From the UHGV virus genome UHGV-0194501: 29,355 nucleotides of DNA. The stretch is one strand, 5' to 3'. Shown here in pieces: positions 1-8,552 of this stretch (positions are counted from its first letter, which is position 1; every line of letters starts with the position of its first letter). The stretch comes from a virus. The notes below the pieces were generated by a model that worked only from the letters and a program-made list of their open reading frames with translations, had not been told where the DNA came from and ran no database searches. A program made the translations under genes and the position numbers.

Positions 1-148
1 ATAGTAAGATGTAGATGCACTCGACATGATGTGTGCATCCTTTCTCTGTATGTGGGGGTTTTCCCCAGCGGCCGGGTTTGGCTCACCCCCTTTTCCCGGC
101 CGCCCCTTGTATGGCTTTTTCCTCTTTTCATTGATACATCTCCTTTGG

Positions 149-203
149 AAAATTCCGGTCATGTGTTTCGTACTGTCTTTCGCACATGGCCGGGATTTTT
201 TTT
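149..203. terminator. Intrinsic terminator-like hairpin downstream of cI; long T-tract on + strand
   Basis: AAAATTCCGGTCATGTG (149-165) pairs with CACATGGCCGGGATTTT (183-199), followed by a T run. Confidence 0.65.
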
Positions 204-228
204 CTTTTTCGCGATATTACGAAAAAGG

Positions 229-978
229 TCAGTGCACGATCCACGCCGGATCGAGGACGCCGATGATCCGCCCTTGCGGGTACACGGCCGCGCTGGTGAG
301 CGGGATCGGCGCGTAGTCGCGATTGAGGGATATCAGCTCGCCGCACCCGGCTTGCTTTATAAAAGATTTTCCATCTACGGAAAAAACGCCCACTTCCCCA
401 AAATCGACGACGTCGGTTTTATGTACCAGCAGCAGATCGCCGTCTAGAAAGCGCGGCATCATGCTGTCGCCTTGGACGCGCACGACGTAGTCCGATGCGA
501 CCGTGTATCGATTGGCAAGGACTTCCAGCGTGTCGTGATATCCGTCGCCGGGATCCACTGTGCCCGTACCAGCCGACACCGGCAGGCGGTAGTAGTCGAT
601 GGTCAGCGTGGCGCGCTGCGTTTTCGCAGCGGGTCCGGGTTTCTGCTGCGATATCGCAGCGCCCGCTCGCGTATACTCACGATCCAGTATGATGGAAACT
701 GTCTCTTTCCCGTACGCGTCCAGCGTGCGGAATTTTTTTACAATTTCAAATTCGTCATTTGTGACGCCGACGCGCACAGGCGGGGTATCGCAAAAGTCAT
801 CCAAAGTTTTTCCCAAAACAGCCGCAATCGCTCGAACATTTTCAAGAGAGGGAGATTTTGAAATTCCTGCAATTATCTTGTTTATGGTACTTTTTGGAAC
901 GCCTGATTTTTCGGCCAGCTCGTCCAAAGTAATTTTCTTTTCCTTTCTGAATAGTGAAATCTTTTCACCGATATCCAT
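229..978 (-). CDS. CI-like repressor (XRE HTH + S24 peptidase)
   Basis: N-terminal HTH (ITLDELAEKSGVPKSTINKI) and C-terminal S24 motifs VQGDSMMP...FIKQ. RBS GAGGTG precedes the ATG at 978. Divergent from the cro-like gene. Confidence 0.92.
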   Translation of the reverse strand: MDIGEKISLFRKEKKITLDELAEKSGVPKSTINKIIAGISKSPSLENVRAIAAVLGKTLDDFCDTPPVRVGVTNDEFEIVKKFRTLDAYGKETVSIILDREYTRAGAAISQQKPGPAAKTQRATLTIDYYRLPVSAGTGTVDPGDGYHDTLEVLANRYTVASDYVVRVQGDSMMPRFLDGDLLLVHKTDVVDFGEVGVFSVDGKSFIKQAGCGELISLNRDYAPIPLTSAAVYPQGRIIGVLDPAWIVH

Positions 979-997
979 TAACATCACCTCTATCTAT

Positions 998-1026
998 ATT
1001 ATACCGTACCGCATAAGGACTGTCAA
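998..1026 (-). promoter_or_regulatory. Leftward sigma-A promoter for cI
   Basis: TTGACA-17 bp-TATAAT on the minus strand. Confidence 0.85.
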
Positions 1027-1068
1027 CGAAAAAGTTATATAAAAGGAATTTTTTTTTGCCTTTTGGGG

Positions 1069-1097
1069 TTGACAAATTACATACATGGTGATATAAT
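1069..1097 (+). promoter_or_regulatory. Rightward lytic promoter (PR-like)
   Basis: TTGACA (1069-1074)-17 bp-TATAAT (1092-1097) with TGn extension. Confidence 0.88.
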
Positions 1098-1106
1098 AAA
1101 GATAAA

Positions 1107-1122
1107 GTTCCACACATGGAAC
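1107..1122. promoter_or_regulatory. Putative CI/Cro operator
   Basis: Palindrome GTTCCA-caca-TGGAAC just downstream of PR. Degenerate copies near 1006-1021, 1034-1049 and 1076-1091. Confidence 0.6.
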
Positions 1123-1136
1123 GCGGAGGTGATATA

Positions 1137-1352
1137 GTGGCATATGTAGCATATCCCCGCCTTGCCAGTGAGATAAAAAGGCGAGGGATAAAAAAAGTAG
1201 CGATTGCCGAGCGCATCAAGGTGACAGAAAAGGCGCTGAGCAACAAAATGTCGGGAAAAACTTCCTTTTCATGGGAGCAGGTTTGCGAAATTGCGGAGAC
1301 TTTTTTCCCAGACCTTAGCAAAGAGTATCTTTTTGAAAAAGCGGACCAGTGA
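1137..1352 (+). CDS. Cro-like HTH protein
   Basis: Small XRE HTH (IAERIKVTEKALSNKMSGKTSFSWEQ), GTG start after GGAGGTG, divergent from cI. Confidence 0.85.
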   Translation: MAYVAYPRLASEIKRRGIKKVAIAERIKVTEKALSNKMSGKTSFSWEQVCEIAETFFPDLSKEYLFEKADQ

Positions 1353-1373
1353 GACAGAAAGGTAGGCAACAAA

Positions 1374-1673
1374 ATGGGACAATATCACTTTCGCAAAATC
1401 CTGAAAGAAAAAGGGCTTGGGATTGACGACATCACAAAAGCCCTCGGCATCAAGGATGACCCGCTCCACCACATGAGCAGAGGACAGATCACTTTGCAGC
1501 GGCTCCATGAGATCGATCTGGACGGGTGGCCATGTATGGGCAACGACCTGCTGCTGCGCGATGTGCGCAACATCGTGAAGCTCATGGATCTGACGCACGC
1601 GCAGATCATCGACGTCTTTTTCCGGGAAAATCCGGAGGGCTGGCCGTACGTCGATCCGGATGATCCGGAGTAA
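1374..1673 (+). CDS. Hypothetical protein, possible HTH DNA-binding
   Basis: RBS AAAGG/AGG; Cro-like N-terminus (LKEKGLGIDDITKALGI) and C-terminus (IIDVFF). Confidence 0.6.
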   Translation: MGQYHFRKILKEKGLGIDDITKALGIKDDPLHHMSRGQITLQRLHEIDLDGWPCMGNDLLLRDVRNIVKLMDLTHAQIIDVFFRENPEGWPYVDPDDPE

Positions 1674-1676
1674 AAG

Positions 1677-1704
1677 AAAAGCTGCCGTTGCAGCGGCAGC
1701 CTTT
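1677..1704. terminator. Bidirectional hairpin terminator between convergent genes
   Basis: AAAA-GCTGCCG-ttgcag-CGGCAGC-CTTT. Confidence 0.65.
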
Positions 1705-1712
1705 CGCAGGGG

Positions 1713-1877
1713 TTACTTGTCTTCCAGCGCGGTGAGGATTTGCGCGATCGCGGTATGTAGTGTGTCAAAAGCGACGCGCACATCCCGCTGGGTGGCGGGT
1801 TCGTCCGTACGGTCGGGGATAAATGGCATCTCTTTTTCGATATGCCACAAAATTTTTTCGACGGTACTGGTATCCAA
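1713..1877 (-). CDS. Small counter-oriented protein (54 aa) with its own promoter
   Basis: TTG start after GGAGGTG; upstream TTGCTT-17-TATAAT (1928-1900, minus strand); terminator just downstream. Confidence 0.7.
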   Translation of the reverse strand: MDTSTVEKILWHIEKEMPFIPDRTDEPATQRDVRVAFDTLHTAIAQILTALEDK

Positions 1878-1951
1878 AAAATCACCTCCTTCCGATTGGA
1901 TTATACCATGGGGATGGTGAAAAAGCAAGAATTTTTTTAGAGGGTGACATC

Positions 1952-2323
1952 ATAGAAAGATTTTACATCACCGGCAGATATGCCGTGACCGATCCGGGGC
2001 GAGCAAACCAGCGCATGATCGTGCGGATGCTGCTCGACGCGGTGACGGAGGCGGTCGATGAAGCGAACCGCATCGCGGACAGGGAAAAACTCCCGGTAGA
2101 TGTGCGGCTTCGGTCGGTAGAACGGCAGCTGTGCCGGGTGCAGATACTCGCGGATATCATCGGTGACGATGGGATCGGTATCACCGCATCCGATACGGAT
2201 ACCGGTCGCGACATCATCGAGGACGCGCTGATCCGGCTGGCGAGTATCGAAGCATGGCTGCGCGTACAGGACAAGCTTCGCGCGGCGCGCGAGTATATGA
2301 AAGCGGCTGGGAACGGAAAATAG
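1952..2323 (+). CDS. Hypothetical early protein (start uncertain: non-canonical near 1949/1952, or ATG 2015)
   Basis: Open frame with phage-like codon usage; RBS-like GAGGGTG at 1940. Confidence 0.55.
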   Translation: MERFYITGRYAVTDPGRANQRMIVRMLLDAVTEAVDEANRIADREKLPVDVRLRSVERQLCRVQILADIIGDDGIGITASDTDTGRDIIEDALIRLASIEAWLRVQDKLRAAREYMKAAGNGK

Positions 2324-2338
2324 AAAGGATGGTAAATC

Positions 2339-2590
2339 ATGACACGGAGTGCAGAGATCGCAAAAGCGATCCGGGTGGTAGCACCCAACCGCGCGGCGAT
2401 GTGTATCGCGGAGTACGCGCGGGCGCTGGGATATGACGAGCGCACCATGCGCAAGCTGCTGGAAACGCTGCCGTCGTGCGGCTTTGGACGAAAAAAGCTG
2501 TATCTGATCGCGGACGTATCCCAGCTTTTGGCACAAAATGAAATCAAAAATTTAGTCCCGGATCGTCCGGGTACTTTTGGGAGGGCATGA
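2339..2590 (+). CDS. Excisionase-like / winged-HTH protein
   Basis: IAEYARALGYDERTMRKLL...GRKKLYLIADV pattern; RBS AAAGGA. Confidence 0.55.
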   Translation: MTRSAEIAKAIRVVAPNRAAMCIAEYARALGYDERTMRKLLETLPSCGFGRKKLYLIADVSQLLAQNEIKNLVPDRPGTFGRA

Positions 2591-2593
2591 CAG

Positions 2594-2842
2594 ATGGAAG
2601 AGATGAGGCAGATCGTGATCGCCATACTGGCGGTCGGAGGGATCGGGACGGCAGCAGTGGCCGCGCAAGAGATCGTGCAGGCCGTCGCCGAGCGCCGCCG
2701 CCGCGCCGAAGCGCTGCGGGATGTACGCGCCCACGACATGGAAGCCCGCGCCGAGCGGATCAAGCGGGAGCGGATCGCCGAGTGCCGGCGCCAGCTGTGG
2801 CTCGAGTACGCCGCCGACAAGCGCGAGGATACCGCACGATGA
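2594..2842 (+). CDS. Hypothetical protein with N-terminal hydrophobic segment and coiled coil
   Basis: IVIAILAVGGIGTAAVAA; stop overlaps the next ATG. Confidence 0.6.
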   Translation: MEEMRQIVIAILAVGGIGTAAVAAQEIVQAVAERRRRAEALRDVRAHDMEARAERIKRERIAECRRQLWLEYAADKREDTAR

Positions 2843-3162
2843 AAGATCCACGCAGCATAGACGGGAAGATCGTGCAGAGATATGTCATCCAGCGCCGAAA
2901 AAAGTGCTCGACGTGCCGGTATGAAGAAAAGCTCGGGCCGATCTACATATGCGGATACATGGATCTGACCGGAGAGCGGCGCGGGTGTCCGCCCGGATAC
3001 GGATGCAAGAGATATGAGCGGTTGCAGGTGCAGCGCAAGCCGCCGCGCCCGCCGCAGCCGATGGTGCGCCGTGAGATGCTGGACGCTGACAAAGACGCAC
3101 AGGAGCAAAAGGGCAGCAGTCATTTTGACGATACCATAAGACGGGAGAGTGACAAAAATTGA
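2839..3162 (+). CDS. Cys-rich hypothetical protein
   Basis: CSTC...ICGY...RRGCPPGYGC; ATGA coupling with the previous gene. Confidence 0.6.
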   Translation: MKDPRSIDGKIVQRYVIQRRKKCSTCRYEEKLGPIYICGYMDLTGERRGCPPGYGCKRYERLQVQRKPPRPPQPMVRREMLDADKDAQEQKGSSHFDDTIRRESDKN

Positions 3163-3599
3163 GTTTTGAGGTTTTGAAGCTTATGCCGGATATGCCGATG
3201 CAGTACGTCCATCTGGACGCCAGCGATATCGGCGCGGCGATCCGGTGCGAGCTTGGCACCGGCCTGGACGGCGAGCTGAGATATGAAAAGCGCGGCGATT
3301 ACATGGTCATCAGCCCGTGCGTCCCGCTCGAGGGAGCGAAAGAAAATAGGTATATGCGGTGCAAGCGCGGCACGGTGCTGATCGCGCGGTCGGTGCCAGC
3401 TCATGTGGCCGTATGCACATATACGCTGACGCCGGAAGATCATGACCGGCTGCGCTGGCTGTACGGCGGCACCAGTATCACGCAGGAGCCGACAAAAAAA
3501 GTCGTCCCGCGGGACAAGCTTCACCCGATCCGCGGGCGTGAGTACACGCTGGCCGGGAAGCGATACACGATGTGTCTGGTGGAGGTGGATGCGCTATGA
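3159..3599 (+). CDS. Hypothetical protein
   Basis: 146-aa ORF coupled to both neighbours. Confidence 0.55.
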   Translation: MSFEVLKLMPDMPMQYVHLDASDIGAAIRCELGTGLDGELRYEKRGDYMVISPCVPLEGAKENRYMRCKRGTVLIARSVPAHVAVCTYTLTPEDHDRLRWLYGGTSITQEPTKKVVPRDKLHPIRGREYTLAGKRYTMCLVEVDAL

Positions 3600-3841
3600 T
3601 AGATATGCATCTGGGCGCGCTGCTGGCGCAGGCACTCGAAGATCGGCTTTTTATGATCCAGGACGGCACAAAGAGCAGCGAAGATCCCGATACGATCGAC
3701 TACATTGCAAAGCTTGGCTATGCCTGCATCATATACGGCGGAGGGGATACATATGGATCGGAAAAGGTCACTCCGGGCAAATGCCCTGATGTGGAGCCTA
3801 TGCCAGAAAATAGCAAAGCTGACTGGCACGACAAAAGATGA
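3596..3841 (+). CDS. Hypothetical protein
   Basis: ATG after GGAGGTG, coupled to the previous stop; overlaps the next gene. Confidence 0.4.
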   Translation: MIDMHLGALLAQALEDRLFMIQDGTKSSEDPDTIDYIAKLGYACIIYGGGDTYGSEKVTPGKCPDVEPMPENSKADWHDKR

Positions 3842-4100
3842 CGTTTACCGCGACGCGCTGCGGCAGGCCGGAAGCTTCCGGATGCTGCGGGTAGCACCAG
3901 ATCGAGAAGCGGATGTGCGCAGCCGATGGGCATCACGCGGAACCGGATGGATCGTCGAGCGGGCGGACAGCACGGACGACTACGTCGATCTGCTGCTGTA
4001 CTACGGCACGAGCACATACACGGATAGAGAGATGAACATCCTGCTCGACTATCTGCGGGCAGGATACGATGAACTACAAGGGGATGTAAAAAATTGTTAA
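3753..4100 (+). CDS. NinB/Orf-like recombination protein
   Basis: RSLRANALMWSLCQKIA...YGTSTYTDREMNILLD; RBS GGAGG. Confidence 0.7.
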   Translation: MDRKRSLRANALMWSLCQKIAKLTGTTKDDVYRDALRQAGSFRMLRVAPDREADVRSRWASRGTGWIVERADSTDDYVDLLLYYGTSTYTDREMNILLDYLRAGYDELQGDVKNC

Positions 4101-4558
4101 ATCACATCGTTTTGATGGGACGGCTGACGGCCGCCCCAGAGCTGAAAAGCACCACTCAAGGGACGTTTGTACTATCGGCGACGCTGGCGGTCGAGCGGCC
4201 GGGATACAAGGAAAAGACCACGGACTTTCTGCCGATCGTCGCATGGCGCGGCACGGCGGAGATGATCTCAAAGTATTTTCACAAGGGCAGCATGATATGC
4301 ATCGAGGGGATGCTGACGACGCGCAAGTGGGATACGAAAGAGGGCGAGCACCGCACGGCGTATGAGATCGTGGTGGATCGCGTGCACTTCACCGGTGAGC
4401 GGCGAAGCGACGCGCCGACAGCGCCGGACGACGCCGACGAGCCGCCAGTGTATGGAGTGCCACAAGCGTATGCGCCGACCGGAGAGCGGGCAGCACGAAA
4501 GACTGGCGAAGCGGATGCATTTTCAGCCGTCGAGGACGATGGCGATCTACCTTTCTGA
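4094..4558 (+). CDS. ssb: Single-stranded DNA-binding protein
   Basis: LNHIVLMGRLT OB-fold start; acidic tail ending DDGDLPF. Confidence 0.93.
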   Translation: MLNHIVLMGRLTAAPELKSTTQGTFVLSATLAVERPGYKEKTTDFLPIVAWRGTAEMISKYFHKGSMICIEGMLTTRKWDTKEGEHRTAYEIVVDRVHFTGERRSDAPTAPDDADEPPVYGVPQAYAPTGERAARKTGEADAFSAVEDDGDLPF

Positions 4559-4574
4559 TGGGCGGTGGTAGCAT

Positions 4575-5459
4575 ATGCCAAACCGCATCATAAAAGAGAC
4601 GATACAGACAAGCAAAAGCGTGAACCTCTTAACGGATTTCCAATTTCGGGTATTTATTCATCTGATTACGTACGTGGATGACTACGGGCGCGGCTCAGCA
4701 GACCCGGAGATCATCAAAGGGCGGGCGTTAACGAGACGGAAGAATTTGACAGAAAAACAAATCGCAGATGCGCTTTACGCGATGGCGAATACTGGCATTA
4801 TTAACCTCTACGAGGTAGACGGGGAATCGTTCCTTTATTTTCCACACTGGGCAAAGCATCAGCAAGTACGAAACAAAGTGTCAAAATTTCCTGAGCCACC
4901 TACCTTTGATGATACGGCGGAAAGTGAAACCAGTTGCACAACGCAAGAGCAAAAAAGTAATTTGATATCAAATGATATCAAGCGATATCAAGCGCAAGCG
5001 GATGATTGCAAATGTGCTCGTAATCCAATCCAATCCAATCCAATCCAGAATCCAATCCAGAATCCGGAATCCGTCTCTTGCACGGAGCCACACAGCGGCT
5101 CCGCACCGACGCCGGAAGAACCGGCGATAAAATTGCCATTGAATGACAGCACGGAGTACGCCGTGCCGCAGAGCTTTGCGGACGAGATGGCGAAGCTATA
5201 CCCTGCCGTGGACGTGATGCAGCAGCTGGCGGCCATGCGTGGGTGGCTGATCGGTAACCCGACGAAAAGAAAAACCCGCGCCGGTATCAAGCGCTTCATC
5301 ACGTCGTGGCTGGCACGCGAGCAGGATCGGGGACGCCCGACAGCTCAGCGGCAGCCGTATGCACAGACGCAGAGCAAGACCGCGCTGGCCGGGGATGCGT
5401 CGTACGACCTAGAGGCTTTCGAGCGCATGACGCTGTACGGGACAGGAGGTGGCCGATGA
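4575..5459 (+). CDS. Phage replication initiator / replisome organiser
   Basis: MPNRIIKE...VDDYGRG N-terminus, internal iteron-like repeats, C-terminal domain (W...NPTKRKT..GIKRFITSWL). Confidence 0.75.
   Translation: MPNRIIKETIQTSKSVNLLTDFQFRVFIHLITYVDDYGRGSADPEIIKGRALTRRKNLTEKQIADALYAMANTGIINLYEVDGESFLYFPHWAKHQQVRNKVSKFPEPPTFDDTAESETSCTTQEQKSNLISNDIKRYQAQADDCKCARNPIQSNPIQNPIQNPESVSCTEPHSGSAPTPEEPAIKLPLNDSTEYAVPQSFADEMAKLYPAVDVMQQLAAMRGWLIGNPTKRKTRAGIKRFITSWLAREQDRGRPTAQRQPYAQTQSKTALAGDASYDLEAFERMTLYGTGGGR
4961..5071. repeat. Putative replication origin: GATATCAA x3 (10-bp period) plus AATCC tandem tract
   Basis: Direct repeats in the linker of the initiator gene, the usual origin position in lambdoid-type phages. 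Confidence 0.6.
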
Positions 5460-5953
5460 TGATGGGGTTCGACGAAAGCAGCGTGGGCGACTACCTTGGC
5501 AGCTGCCGCTTTTGGGTGCCGGGCAAGCCCCGCGGAAAAGCCCGGCCACGATTCAACCCAGCCGCGCCGGGCGCCAGACCGTACACGCCAGCGGATACGG
5601 TGGCGTATGAGACACTTGTGGCGACAAGATACCGCGCTGAGCGGGTGGAAGCCGATCTTCGCCTGCCACACGTCGCGATGGTGGACATCGTGGCATACTA
5701 CCCGATCCCGCAGCGGTACACGAAAGCCGAGCGTGCACAGGCACTGACCGGCACGCTCCAACCGACAGCAAATCCAGACATTGACAACATCGCCAAAATC
5801 GTCCTGGACGCACTGAATGGCGTGGCGTGGAGCGATGACAAGTGCGTCGTCGATCTGCATGTGGCAAAGTACCACGCGGCGGCGCCCGGGGTGCAGATCA
5901 CCATCCGGTGGTATCGGACTTGGCGCCGAAAGCGTGGAGGGAAAAAGCCATGA
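5456..5953 (+). CDS. rusA: RusA-family Holliday junction resolvase
   Basis: PGKPRGKARPRF and PDIDNIAKIVLDALNGVAWSDD catalytic motifs. Confidence 0.88.
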   Translation: MMMGFDESSVGDYLGSCRFWVPGKPRGKARPRFNPAAPGARPYTPADTVAYETLVATRYRAERVEADLRLPHVAMVDIVAYYPIPQRYTKAERAQALTGTLQPTANPDIDNIAKIVLDALNGVAWSDDKCVVDLHVAKYHAAAPGVQITIRWYRTWRRKRGGKKP

Positions 5954-6237
5954 GCCGAGGAAAGAAAATTTTCTTCACGGCTGATGAAGAAAAGATTTTG
6001 CGCGATACGAGCATATCCGCGAAAAAGGCCGGGCTTGCGATCGGATGCAGCCCGACCACAGTTCGACTATGGCGAGACCGTCATGGAGTGCTCACGAGAC
6101 GATACTGGCACGGATGCCAGGAGACGTGCCCGGACTACTGCCCATATGGCGAGTGCCTCATGCCGGCATATCTGGCCGGGATAGAGGACGACGAAGAGCG
6201 GGCGCGAAAGATGCAGCATGGAGGGATGCGGAAATGA
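5950..6237 (+). CDS. Hypothetical HTH-containing protein
   Basis: SAKKAGLAIGCSPTTVRLWR plus Cys cluster. Confidence 0.55.
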   Translation: MSRGKKIFFTADEEKILRDTSISAKKAGLAIGCSPTTVRLWRDRHGVLTRRYWHGCQETCPDYCPYGECLMPAYLAGIEDDEERARKMQHGGMRK

Positions 6238-6692
6238 TGACAGAAAAAGAGCGGGCGCAAGCGGTCGAGCAGCTGACCATGCTGGCGGATCGTGTGGCAC
6301 GCGAGCGCAGGATGTGCAGCGACTGCGAAAGCTGGGATCACTGCGAGCGGGACGGATGCGCGCTTTTACACAAAGTGGCGCTGAGCATAGCGACGAAGCC
6401 AGCGCTATCAGGGACGCATGGCGAGTGGAGGGTGTACGAAGCAGATACGCCGCAGTGCAGTCACTGCGGGATGTGGATGCCTTTTGCGAGATACCGCAGA
6501 AAGGCGGGGGCAAATGCTCGGCGGATTACCGATTTTTGCCCATCGTGCGGAGAAAAGATGACCGCCATGCCGATGTGTGGAGACTGCAAATACGGGCAAG
6601 GCGTGTGGAAAGAGGACGGGATATGCTACGCCTGCCGTGAGCAGGTATGGATCCCGGGCGCGCCGCACAGAAAAGCCGGAGAGGAGGATTGA
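6234..6692 (+). CDS. Zn-ribbon hypothetical protein
   Basis: Several CxxC motifs (CSHCG, FCPSCGEKM). Confidence 0.6.
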   Translation: MMTEKERAQAVEQLTMLADRVARERRMCSDCESWDHCERDGCALLHKVALSIATKPALSGTHGEWRVYEADTPQCSHCGMWMPFARYRRKAGANARRITDFCPSCGEKMTAMPMCGDCKYGQGVWKEDGICYACREQVWIPGAPHRKAGEED

Positions 6693-6694
6693 CG

Positions 6695-7003
6695 ATGGCT
6701 GATTACATTGACCGGGAAGCGGTGCTGACGAAATTGATGCAAGATGGGCGCAGCGAAAAAAATATGCATGCCATTATGGGCATGCCAGCCGCCGACGTGG
6801 AGCCGGTGCGGCACGGAAAATGGATCCCGATCGGGGAAAGAAAACTGTTTCGCCTTTATGGCGAGTTTGATGTGCCACAAAGCGAAACAAAAATGGAGTA
6901 TTCTTGCAGGACGGACGGATGTTGGGTGCAGACGACATATCGATATCCATTTTGCCCTATGTGCGGCGCGAAGATGGACGGAGGTGCGGACGATGAGGAT
7001 TAA
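6695..7003 (+). CDS. Conserved phage protein with C-terminal Zn ribbon
   Basis: MADYIDREA...PAADVEPVRHGKW...FCPMCGAKMD. Confidence 0.7.
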   Translation: MADYIDREAVLTKLMQDGRSEKNMHAIMGMPAADVEPVRHGKWIPIGERKLFRLYGEFDVPQSETKMEYSCRTDGCWVQTTYRYPFCPMCGAKMDGGADDED

Positions 7004-7160
7004 GGGAGCGTTTGCGAGAAACGAGGTTTTTATTACCCCTGCTTTTGGCGTTATCAATGAGCGTGGTTATTATGGCTATCCGGTTATCGCTATCGCCTTT
7101 GCTTGGCTGCACTGGCGGTGCAAAATTGAAATCGGAGTAAGGAGATTGAGGTGGCGGTAA
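6993..7160 (+). CDS. Small hypothetical protein
   Basis: ATG after GGAGGTG; 55 aa. Confidence 0.5.
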   Translation: MRIKGAFARNEVFITPAFGVINERGYYGYPVIAIAFAWLHWRCKIEIGVRRLRWR

Positions 7161-7161
7161 A

Positions 7162-7411
7162 ATGAATCGGAAGATGGATCCGAAAAGCATACGAAGAATC
7201 GCGCCGGTGCACGCACCCGATCGTGATGCTGATCCCAGCGCGCACGGATACCAGCTATTTCCACGACTACATATACGGGAAAGCGGAAATTCGCTTCATA
7301 CGGGGGCGGCTGAAATTCACAGACGAGAGCGGGCAAGAAAAAGACACCGCGCCTTTTCCGTCGATGGTGGTCATTTACAGAGGACAGAGACAGGAGGACG
7401 ACGATAGATGA
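7162..7411 (+). pseudogene. Truncated phage DNA N6-adenine methyltransferase (Dam-like); C-terminal half only
   Basis: IGRWIRKAYEES...VMLIPARTDTSYFHDYI...RGRLKF...APFPSMVVIY is preceded in frame by TGA. The NPPY-containing half is absent and the ATG at 7162 is out of frame. Confidence 0.75.
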
Positions 7412-7674
7412 AAGTGATGAAAGAGCGATACCGGACACATACCGCCGACGCGATGGACACGGCGATGTCTCTGGGGATAACGCTGACGATGGTCGTCATG
7501 GCGCGCGAGTTTGGATTTGGTAAAAAACGCCTTTTGCGTTTGCAGAAAGCAGCAGTCGAGTTTTTGGAGACGGAAATCCGTCCTCATGGTGCCAGATACA
7601 CGCAGCAGTATCAAGACGAGCTAGACTATGCTTTGGAGCGGATGCAGCAGGCGCTCGCAGAAAGGTTGGAATGA
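7408..7674 (+). CDS. Hypothetical protein
   Basis: EFGFGKKRL motif, RBS GGAGG, coupled ORF. Confidence 0.65.
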   Translation: MKVMKERYRTHTADAMDTAMSLGITLTMVVMAREFGFGKKRLLRLQKAAVEFLETEIRPHGARYTQQYQDELDYALERMQQALAERLE

Positions 7675-7675
7675 A

Positions 7676-7774
7676 ATGGAAATTATTTGGTTTGGTATCG
7701 GCGCATTTGTCGGTGCGACGGTCGCGGCGCTTGTGATGGCGTGCTGCAAGGCGGGCGGAGATGGTGACAGATGA
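7676..7774 (+). CDS. Small membrane protein (DUF3789-like), 32 aa
   Basis: MEIIWFGIGAFVGATVAALVMACCKAGGDGDR; not in the ORF track; stop overlaps the next ATG. Confidence 0.6.
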   Translation: MEIIWFGIGAFVGATVAALVMACCKAGGDGDR

Positions 7775-8094
7775 AGAGAGAAGATTTCTATGCGTACTAT
7801 CACCATCAGATCGAGCTTGCAACGCTGAAAAAGAAAAGCCGACGTTGTATACTCACCCCAGAGCAAAAGAGCCGTATGCGGGCGCTGGACGCGTCACAGG
7901 ATGATGAAAAATTAGACCTTGCTATGACGATCGGCGAGTGCACCGATCCACAGACGCGCACGATGCTTTTCATGCGCTTCTTGGACTTCCGGTCCTGGGC
8001 GGAGATCGCGCAGGCCATGGGCGGCGGAAACAAACCGAGCGGGTGCCGGATGCGCGTGGAGCGTTACATCAAGCGCGTGGATCGGCGGGATTGA
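7771..8094 (+). CDS. Late-gene transcriptional activator (ArpU/RinA-like)
   Basis: C-terminal HTH (LFMRFLDFRSWAEIAQAMG); last early gene before the packaging module. Confidence 0.7.
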   Translation: MKREDFYAYYHHQIELATLKKKSRRCILTPEQKSRMRALDASQDDEKLDLAMTIGECTDPQTRTMLFMRFLDFRSWAEIAQAMGGGNKPSGCRMRVERYIKRVDRRD

Positions 8095-8110
8095 AACCGG
8101 GAAAAGATAT

Positions 8111-8152
8111 AAAAACTGCCGTGAGCGGGTTTCGCCACGGCAGTTTTCTTTT
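8111..8152 (+). terminator. Early operon terminator
   Basis: AAAACTGCCGTG...CACGGCAGTTTT followed by a T-rich tail. Confidence 0.8.
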
Positions 8153-8242
8153 CTCTGGAAAAAGTTGTGCGTTCTTCTTTGGTAGATATGATACGATATC
8201 CATGGAGCCGGTATAGGATATGCTGGCGGGAGGGCGTGCGGG

Positions 8243-8494
8243 ATGTTCGACTATACTTCCGTAAAATGGAAAAAAATCAGAGCGTCAATTTTGCGCCGGG
8301 ATGGATACCGCTGCAAGATATGCGCGCGCTATGGCCGGATGGTACCGGCAACGGAAGTGCATCACATCAAACACGCGGACGAGTATCCCGAGCTGGTATA
8401 CGACCCGCAGAACCTCGTCAGCCTTTGCAAATCTTGCCATAACCGCCAACACCCGGAAAAGGGCGGCGAAAAGTCATTTTATACCAGAAATTGA
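8243..8494 (+). CDS. Packaging-associated HNH endonuclease
   Basis: RDGYRCKIC...VHHI...NLVSLCKSCHNRQH, directly upstream of terS. Confidence 0.9.
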   Translation: MFDYTSVKWKKIRASILRRDGYRCKICARYGRMVPATEVHHIKHADEYPELVYDPQNLVSLCKSCHNRQHPEKGGEKSFYTRN

Positions 8495-8552
8495 CCCGGA
8501 CGACGGCGGCTTGGGAATGATTGGGCGGCATGGGCGGCGGTTGGAATTTTTG

